Assembly: GCA_964247055.1 (NCBI GenBank)
Contig: OZ176052.1
Coordinates: forward strand, 8,990,001-9,054,000
DNA length: 64,000 nucleotides
From: Paragordius varius
Lineage: Eukaryota; Animalia; Nematomorpha
Direction of reading: 5' to 3'
Shown: positions 55,082 through 64,000 of the stretch, in pieces
Layout: each line of letters begins with the position of its first letter
How positions within the stretch are numbered: position 1 is the first letter of the stretch
The notes under the pieces: generated by a model
What the model saw: only the letters and a program-made list of their open reading frames with translations
Told to the model about the DNA's origin: nothing
The model's database searches: none
Position numbers and translations under genes: made by a program

Positions 55082-55370
55082 CAGGGGTGTGTATCACGGC
55101 CCTCAACTTTATGCACCGCAATTTTGAAATCCATAATTTTCAAAAATATGCATCAAAATCTGAAAATGATATTTATTTAACAATTTTTTTTATGTAATTG
55201 TATCCAATTGACAAGAACTAGAAAATATTGTTTTATTCCACATGGATTGTGCAGTGTTATGTGTTTGAAAGCTAATTATTAAATGTCCATAAATATTTCA
55301 AATGTGGCCCCCGCTGGATTTTTGGAATCGAAAATGCGGCCTGTGTAGCCATTTATATTGGACAATGCTG
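55082..55370. mobile_element. hAT/Charlie-like MITE
   Basis: Ends CAGGGGTG...CAATGCTG with near-duplicated flanks TTTAAAAT/TTTTAAAT. The 3' part tgcggcc.gtg.agccattta is shared with 62095-62391. Confidence 0.55.
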
Positions 55371-55507
55371 TTTTAAATGGAAGCTGAATGCCTTAAACCA
55401 TTTTTTTAAATTTACATTTTGTAAAAGAAAATTGCTTTGTAACAAATTTTAACATTTAAATGTTCATACACATAACACATACTCGAAACTCGTAAAACGG
55501 TCTAGTG

Positions 55508-55766
55508 TAAGGGTGTCCAACACAAATGACTTCGCGGGCCCCATTTTTAAAATTTCTGCAGGCCGCATTTGAAATGTATATGGGCATTATTGAAGTATTT
55601 TACTAGAAACACAGTATAACATATCTAGTTCGTATCCAGTCTAAGAATTCGTTTACAAAATATCATTTTTATGAGATTTTATTAGCATATTTTTACAAAT
55701 CATGGATTTCTGATTTTTCGCGAGCCGTAAATAATGACTTGAAGGGCCGCGTGTCAAACACCCCTG
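55508..55766. mobile_element. hAT/Charlie-like MITE, 259 bp
   Basis: Imperfect TIRs TAAGGGTGTCCAAC / GTCAAACACCCCTG, with 8-bp TSD GTCTAGTG/GTCTAGTA (NTCTAGNN target) and GCGGCCC-like subterminal motifs. Confidence 0.7.
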
Positions 55767-57482
55767 GTCTAGTATTATTGAAATTCAGTATATGGAATAA
55801 AACAATGTTAGTCCAAAAAAGAATAAAAAATGTTATTTTCAAAAAACAATGGGATATTATGGATATGTCTATATATAACTGGAATCGTTTTTATAACATT
55901 ATTTTATACCATACACTACTGTAAACGCAAAAATCCCGATTGTGGAATTATAAATTTTAATATAAGATTATATCTAGTTAAAAAAATTTAATTAGCAATA
56001 CTATTAAATGTCATATGGTTTGCATACCATAACTATATCTAAGATCATAATTATATTATAAATATTTTTTTCATACGATATCTCTGAGTATTTATCCTAT
56101 AATTTTAATCGTCAAATTTTTTGGTAAAAATGGAAACGAAATATACGAGGAGTAATATAAATAAAAATTTTCTGAATTCTGATGCGCTGATATCGTCAGA
56201 AACATCGAGTTAGTAATTTGCTGTTTATTTATATGATATACCTTATTTATTATAATAATAAATAATTGTCATTTAATATAATAAATATATTTAAAATTTA
56301 TGCCCCGCAACCCCGCTTTTGCGTACTTTAAGTACATTTATTTATTTTATATTTATGCTTTAAATATAAGAAGGTTTTTTTTCTTAATTACATGCTTGAT
56401 TATCAAAATCCTTTTAGTAATAATATCATTACATCACTTATTTATCAATCCAAGTGTTTATGCAAGATAACCCTTGCCAGCTTCCTTAAGGTAGTATTTT
56501 GCCATTTCTTGTTTTTTTAGCCCTTTTTCTATGAGTATATGACTGGCTATTATTTAGGCAATCTATTGATAACTCATTTCGATGGACCAAAGCAACATAG
56601 TTTTTTGACATTCTTTCAGATATCGGTTTGACATCTTGCCTGCTAAATTATATTCTTATCTTAACCCTTACCCACATCAAGGCATCTTCCTTTCCCTATT
56701 TAAATAGATTTGTTTGGATTGATGCCCGACTTTATTAGATTACACTTTATTCGGGTTACATTAACGAATAATATATCACAATCACACAAAACTCTTGAGA
56801 TTTTGTCCATATTTAACGTATTGCTAATTATTTGTAAATTTTCCTAAGTCAAAGAACAAGCTACACTAGTGGTAGTCAAACTGCGGAAAAGGGCTTTATG
56901 GCCCTAAATTTTAATGTTATTATTTGGAGAATTGTTTGTGTATTGGGAAACAAACGGCACTTGATGCAATAAAAATATTTTATTCCCCCAAATATTTCGG
57001 TGGGTAACACTGATTTAAACCAATAGTACTCAAACTGCACCTCACGATCCGCATGGGGCACAAAAAATGCTTTTATAACCCTTTATTTATTTATTACAAG
57101 TTTTAATGCACTTATTTGTATTAAAATACCCGCATATGTATTAAACAGCGGTAGAATATTTTGGAATCATATGCCTTAACACAATAAAACCTTCGAAAAG
57201 TTTTTGGTAACTACCACTGAATCAAACCTAATAACTCTAAATACCTGCTTTTTTTCTTTACAACAGCCGCATAATCTTTCATTAACAGTAGTTTTCTCTG
57301 TCAGTGGATCAGACATAGTTATAAGGCTATCAAAAATTTTAATCGCCCACACGCTGATATTTTATTAATTGGACGAAGTTGACGCCTAATTTTTAAGAGG
57401 TTTATATAGCGGCACATTTTACAAAGGAAAATAATAATTAAATGTAATATATCAATACACAACACCTTTTTTAGTTAGTGAC

Positions 57483-58297
57483 ATGTTTGCTCGCAAGCTT
57501 AACGCTCTAGGTTTCCCAAGCTGGGAAGAATTTAACTCGGATGGTAATTTCATAACATTATATAGATATTAACCAATTTAAAAATCTAATAATATGGCTA
57601 GAAAATGAAAAAATAAGGTCTTATATTCCAGAAAATAACATATTTACAAATATTAATGATCTTAGTTGGGATGAAATATATTTTAAAGTTTAGTTTTTAT
57701 AATAGTAGTATCTAAAGGACCTTTCATGTCCATATTTATTAAATTCCTCTAAAGAGGAATTGTTGGATTGGTTATTAGGTTATGCTATACAATTAGAATA
57801 TGGAAATGATAGTTAGATTATTTTAGTTATTTTAGGCAGCTACAAAAACGTTAAATTAAATGAAACTGACACATCTAACATTAATTGTAAACTTATATTG
57901 ATTTTTTAGTCAATACATCTGAATTTAAAGCAGCAACATATAATTATGCCAAATTACTCAAGATTCCTGAACATCCGAATCATTTGATTACATTAGAAGT
58001 TTACCTAATTCATTATATTAGGCTTTTTGCAAATATATGTTGCATAATATGAATCCAGAAATAATGGATGCAAATAGACAGGTGTTACCTAAAAATAGGA
58101 AGTACATTGATTTGAAATTTATCAATGTTGGTGACATAAATCCAAAAATTATAGATGCAGCAAAATTATACAAATTGTTATGCTTAAAAGATCTAAGAGA
58201 TTTTCAAAATCAAATTAATCACGCTATAGTAGAATTACAGAATATAACCGCTAACCCAAAAACGGACCAAAGTTTAGGCAAAGTTGGTCGAGGATAA
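57483..58297 (+). CDS. RTRAF: RNA transcription, translation and transport factor (RTRAF/C14orf166/CGI-99), 233 aa
   Basis: Exons 57483-57543, 57566-57687, 57709-57811, 57836-57886, 57910-57998, 58022-58297 total 702 nt. MFARKLNAL, IIWLENEKIR, LLDWLLGYAIQLEY, LRDFQNQINHAIVELQNITANPKTDQSLGKVGR. Confidence 0.95.
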
Positions 58298-60236
58298 TTC
58301 CAAATCAAATTTTATATTTTTGCCATTATATGAAGAACAAGAATTTATTTTAGTATATACTAATATTGATATATAATATTCTGATTTAGTTCATTAAATC
58401 TATCAATTTTAAATCTGGATCAAATAAGACAAAGTGTAAGTAAAGGTTGTGTTATTTGATATAAGTGAATGATTCAATTTCATTATGACTGTCCTTATAA
58501 AGTGTTTTAAAAATTGTTCATTGATATATCAGGATCATATAGATAAAGTTTTTTTCATCCCTTTTCAACCAAAATAAGTTTTAACGGGTCAGATTTGATT
58601 TTATAACCACGCTTTCGAATTCTTTTTAACATTTTAAAGTTATAAATTAATATATAGCATATGTTTGTTTAATTTATTCAGAGTATAGTAGTATGCGGCT
58701 TAGTGTAAGTTTGTCATTTATTAATTTTTTATTAAAATGTAAAATGGTAATAAAACCATTTGACATTTTTTGTTTCGCAAAACAATGGATGTGGAAACGT
58801 AAAAGTTTCAATTTTAATCACTTTAATTATACACATGAAATGTGAAGCAATAGTAAATTTTTCAAACGGATTATTAAAAATTGATCCTTTTTTCGCTAAA
58901 TTATAAACCATAAGTATATCTTTTGGGTGTTCTTTCGCGTGTCCCTGTTTAATATTAAATTTCTAAGCAATATAATGAGATAAAAAATTAGCGCAAAAAT
59001 GGGTTTTAAACAGAATTGCACCTCTCTCAGGTTATTATTGATTATTAATAACTTTTGTCTCCAAGTAATCACTCGCTTTTATATGTATTTTCTTGTATAT
59101 TTTGGGTAATATGCTATCCCATATTATTCTTAGGCGGTCAATTCTATTGTTTAGAATTTTATTATCAATCTTTGTATTTAACCGTTTAAATGTATTTTGA
59201 GGCGCAGCATGTTTGTTTATCACTGAGGGTGACAGTTGTTTTAAATGTATTAATCATTAGGGTAAATTAAAACTAATAAGGTTACAAAAGAACGGATGTA
59301 ATCAAACATTCCTGTCTCGGATGCTCAAAAATGCTCAGTTCTATCTAGTATACCAAATATCTTTATCAGTTAGACAACTTTGCTAAGGAGATAAAAATAG
59401 CTTAGATACATGAGCCCTATCCAAATTAAATACCCCATTAATTTTTGTTTATTTGTGTTTCCGAAAGTATAAAGACCTGTTTAAATGAGGTAGCGTCTTT
59501 TAAAAAGTCAAACCGTTTCACCATTATCGTTAAGATCCGTGGGTACCAAATAGTTCAATGGGCTGAATAAAATATTTTTTGGCGTGTAATTACCGATAAA
59601 TATTACATAGATGTGACAATGCGGATACTTATCATAATTAAATCAGCAAGATTATATGCGGATCGCACATAAATTGCGATAGATACCTCTTGTACTTGGT
59701 GGTATTAAAAATAAAGATTTTTCTTACTTCATTTAACAAATAAGTGGTTTATTATTGACCAACAACTTTGGTCTTTCTAATTATCAGCCAATCTTACAAC
59801 ATATAAATTTATATATTTTATTTGTGATTAATCGCCTCTATGTGAGCTGAAGTTTTATTTGCCACATCTTGCCATATTCGTTGTATCCTTATAATTTGCG
59901 ATTCTCTTAGCACTTCAAATTCTCTTGTTTTTATCCCCAGAGCGATCTGAAATTTATTTAAAAATATGCTTTCTTTAGCCTTTTAGGAGCACATTTAATT
60001 TTTTAAAAAATACTTAAAATTGTAAAAAAATCTCATCTTAATCTTTTTCTCTGCCATTTTTTTTCTTTAAATAATTTTTTAAATCGCTAATAAATAGGCA
60101 AATTAATATATACTAGGCTACAAAATGTATAATTTAATAAGAGCTTGAATTTTACCAAAAAACTTGATATTTATTTTTAAAATGAGCTGTTTATGTCAGT
60201 TATTTTATGGAGTCGTCCAAATTTTAGACTCTAGAA

Positions 60237-62086
60237 CAGTGGTACTCACCAAAAAAATTTGACGGGCCAAATAAAATATATTTTTTTTTTCGAGAGCCAT
60301 GAACCTTAAAATGACAAAATATTTCATAGCTATACACATGTGCACATAATTATACTCTAAATCAGCACAATAAATTTTCAGATCGTATGTAAATCCAGCT
60401 AAAAACTCGTTTTGCACCATTTAGTTTAAAAAAATTAAAATATTATGATAACAACATCTATTTTGATATTAACCAATAATTTTTGACAAATTTGGTTATG
60501 CCTCATCAAAGGCCAATCTTAATACATAGTCCATATGATCATCGTTTAGCGATTTCTGTTGTATTCTTGACACTTCATTTTTGAATATGCCGTCTCACAC
60601 GTGTAAGTTAAAAACAGTTAGGATAACTTGAGCATATTTTTTTATTTCCTTATTGATTTGGCACACATCTTGCCAAAACTTTACATGTCCTTCTTCTCTA
60701 CGATTCTCCTTGAATATAGCCTCCAAATTAAAATCCTTTTTAAAATCTACCAATTCTTCGATTATAGGCCTGATCAAAACCGAAATGCTCAAGTTGCTGA
60801 ATATTGGATATATCCATATGCCATAAATTTTCAACGAGTTTTAAGAAATTTTTAATATTTCCTAATTCTTGAAAATGAATTTCATCTCATTAGATAAAAA
60901 TGTTAAATGATTGCCTATTATTAAATTGATCTCGGCGGTAAATTCCATATTTTTTTCATAAGTGTTGGAAAATATAGGAGTGTTTTATATATAAAATCTT
61001 GTTTATATATTATTATTCAAAAGCATATATTTTAACAAATTGTGTTATTTTACTCCCTTGAAGACTTGTATTAAAAATACTAAGTTATTTAGTAATGTCG
61101 CAAAGGTAAGCTAATAAACCCACCATTTTTCACTATTAATTTCCTTGTCAAACTTTCTAAATAATAAAATTTCATGTTTTAAAACAAAAAATCTATATAC
61201 TTTGCCTAGGCTTGGTCATCTCACAGCGGTGTACAAAAGAATATTATCAAACTCACTGTGGATATCTTTCAGAAGTTTTTTAAATTAACGGCGGTTAAAT
61301 TCTTTGCCACGGAAGTGGAAAGCTATGTACATAATAGATTTTTGTTTGTATAATTCTTTAATCATTCTATATTTTTCGTTTCGTACCTCATGATTTTCTG
61401 GTAATTTATGACAATGATGGATTATAAAATGTCTTTCAATATTGTATTTTTTTTAATTATGTTGTCCTTACATATAAGGCAGGTAACAACATTTTTATTT
61501 AAAACGACAAAGAATTTTTCTTCCAATTCTTTTTCAAAGAAGCGATTTTCGTCGGATATTTTACGTTTTTTAGCATTTTGTCATCATTTTGTGTTTAAAT
61601 ATTATGTATTTTTTCAGAAAAAAGGAATATAATTTGAATTATGCTATTAATAAACAGGTCGAAATTTAATGATGTTGATTTGAAAAATATTTTATGGGAA
61701 TGGGTTATAAAAAATGATGCAGGATAGCAATGAAAAGAATATGTATTGCAAGTTTGGGTGAAAAGCTTGTTTAAATACAAAAAAATAGCAATAAAAACTT
61801 CAAAATTGAAAAGAAAATAGAATACAGAAACAGAAACAAGTGCCAAAATTTTGAAATTATTAAAATGTAGTGAAATTTTTCTACTTTTTAAATTAAATAA
61901 AAGTAAAAAATTACCAAAATTAAATCTAAATAAAATAAATAATTATTAAAATAAGAGAAAATTCGTTTGTGTATTTTAATAATTCTTCAATAAAAAAATA
62001 ATCTAAGTATCAATATGCTCAAAGGGTAATTTTAAAGCACTCTTAGGACCGCATGCGGCCCGTGGGCCGCGGTTTGAGTACCACTG
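60237..62086 (-). mobile_element. hAT Charlie/SPIN-like transposon with decayed transposase
   Basis: TIRs CAGTGGTACTCA / TGAGTACCACTG and exact 8-bp TSD CTCTAGAA (60229-60236, 62087-62094). The - strand remnants FRGKEFNRR*FKKLL..SEFDNILLYTAVR*PSLGKV and KKYAQVILTVF resemble GTF2IRD2/Charlie transposases. Confidence 0.88.
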
Positions 62087-62094
62087 CTCTAGAA

Positions 62095-62391
62095 CGCGGG
62101 CGGCAACTTGCCACTTCCAATCTATGTGCAGCCGCAAAAAATTTGGACATTCAAAATTTGCAAAATTATGCTCACAAATCTTTAAAATTGATATTTCGCA
62201 TAAAAAATTCTAAAAAAGTCATTTAATTGTCAAAACGAACAAGCTAACAATGTTTTCTATATGTATTTTACTTTCTTACGTTTGGAATCAAGCAAAATAT
62301 TTATGAATGCCTTCATAAAAATTTGAACTACGGCTTAGATTTTTTGAGTCGAATATGCGGCCCGTGCAGCCATTTATGTTAGCCACTCCTG
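62095..62391. mobile_element. Charlie-like MITE directly abutting the previous element's TSD
   Basis: Degenerate TIRs CGCGGGCGGCAAC / GTTAGCCACTCCTG, flanked by CTCTAGAA and AACTAGAA. Homologous to 55082-55370. Confidence 0.6.
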
Positions 62392-62689
62392 AACTAGAAT
62401 TTGTAAAAAAATAAGCTTTTTAACTAATACAGGAGAACAATGTAAATAATTAAATTTAAAAAACTTTCAGTATTTATTTAAAAGATTGAGCTATGAGATA
62501 TAAAATGGCCCCAACGCAGGCGAAAAGAAAGATTATGTCAATATATTAAAAATTGAAAAATTTAAATTGATGAATGCACTCTAGAAGTTAAAAAAATATA
62601 AATCCAATTTTTATCTATTACAGAAAAAAATAACCAAAACAACTTTCAAAACAGTACAACTATTTTAAGTGGACCAGAAAACTATCCCA

Positions 62690-63880
62690 TGTCATCAAAA
62701 TTTTAAGTGTCAACACTCCATTACTTTGTCTCAAAGCGATTTTAAAGAATATTTTAAAAAGTATTTAGGTATTAAGGCGATAAATATGTAAATTTAGCGT
62801 TTTAGGCGCTGTAAAAAATTCTCTTCTCAAACTTTTTTGCCGTCATTTTTTTCTATATTTTTTAACACCAAGATGCAGGCACATTCATATTCTTCGATTC
62901 GAATTGGGGTAGTTGGATACCGACCTGTTTAAAATTAAATACCTTAAAAAATTTGGAAGGATTCGAAACCATGGCAAAATTTTGCACTTTTATAAAACTA
63001 ATGAACCATAATATAAAAAACAATTCATACAAAATACTTGGTAGTTTTTAAGGTAAAATCCAAAGGTAAAAATTCAGTCAACGTAATATGTGACATTGCT
63101 TAAATTGAAAATAATTTATAATCCCTTTTTCTACTTCTATCAATATTAGATGTAATTTAAATAAAATTCTAGATTTAATTTTACCTTTAAAAGAAAAGAC
63201 GATATTTTGCAAAAATTTTGTAAGATAAAAATAGCGTCGAAGTAGTTTGACATGGAACTTATTCAAAATGAAATTTTACTTAGATATTTTCGGTTATTTA
63301 TATAATTTTTTTAGAAGCTAAAATTTAAATAGGAATCGTTTCCTTCAATATTTTTATATAAACATATAATTAAATTTAGTGTACGGTATTTAGATACCCC
63401 AAATTGAATAAAAGTGTTAATATGACCTTTTTTATAGCATACCCTTGGAGTAGTTTTATATCCCAGAACTCAATTTTGTAAATAAACTACAGTTTTAGAT
63501 ATTATTTTAGCTATAACTTAACAAACATTGTTTTCATGTATTAGATAACAAAGCCTTTACTTTGTACAGTTTTCTTACTTCTATAGTGTGATGGGAGAGC
63601 CCTAAATCACTATCAAAACGAACTAGCTGATAAAATATATCAAGTCTTTGCAAAGTAGCCTGTAACTTAAGTTAATTATTCATATTCGTTAACTATATAC
63701 ATTTATTTACCTGTTACATTTGCGATCTATAAAATTTATAAAACTAAATGGCGGCAAAAAATTGTATAATGCGCTTAAAGTCTAAAGCATACTTTTAGAT
63801 TCGGCCTAAAACCTTAAATACTTTTTAGGATATTTAAATTTCAAACCGCCCTGGGATATAAAACAGCCCCAAAAGGTATA
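62690..63880. repeat. MITE-like family copy with inverted arms
   Basis: ttttttgccgtcatttttt (~62833) versus aaatggcggcaaaaaa (~63747). Internal block matches ~26375-26790 and ~48205-48400. Confidence 0.55.
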
Positions 63881-64000
63881 AAAGTTTAACATGCAAATAA
63901 TGTATATAATGGTTAAAAAATATAAATAATATAGGCTACATTTTACCAGCCAAAACTTGATATAATTTTATAAAGATAAGCCAGTTTCGATTGTTTTTTG

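Noticed and set aside
7417-58021. Tiny introns as sequencing indels or programmed frameshifts
   Set aside because: Each is a 21-30 nt block absent from the conserved protein and bounded by GT/GC and AG at exactly the frame-restoring position, which indel errors would not produce repeatedly.
59035-59900. Minus-strand coding-like fragments (e.g. the 62-aa ORF 59035-59223)
   Set aside because: Interrupted by stops, with no consistent splice path or recognisable motif. Possibly an old transposase remnant, but unsupported.

Overview
AT-rich genomic DNA from an invertebrate animal. The ecdysone receptor ortholog fits an ecdysozoan, but the taxon cannot be fixed from sequence alone. Ten protein-coding genes were reconstructed by hand: the 3' part of EcR, TMEM38/TRIC, an Ldh_2-family dehydrogenase, mago nashi, a secreted vWA protein, a hAT-derived BED-finger gene, d4/DPF, MIOX, an unidentified 394-aa ORF and RTRAF. 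They are interspersed with hAT elements, MITEs, a foldback element and two non-autonomous Helitrons, one expanded into a ~5-kb higher-order tandem array. The main signal is a class of ultra-short spliceosomal introns: 13 of 21-25 nt plus one of 30 nt, one of them GC-AG. Each must be removed to restore a conserved protein or domain, and they coexist with ordinary 40-5,900 nt introns. Family assignments come from recalled motifs, not database searches, and splicing is inferred from reading frames, not from RNA data.
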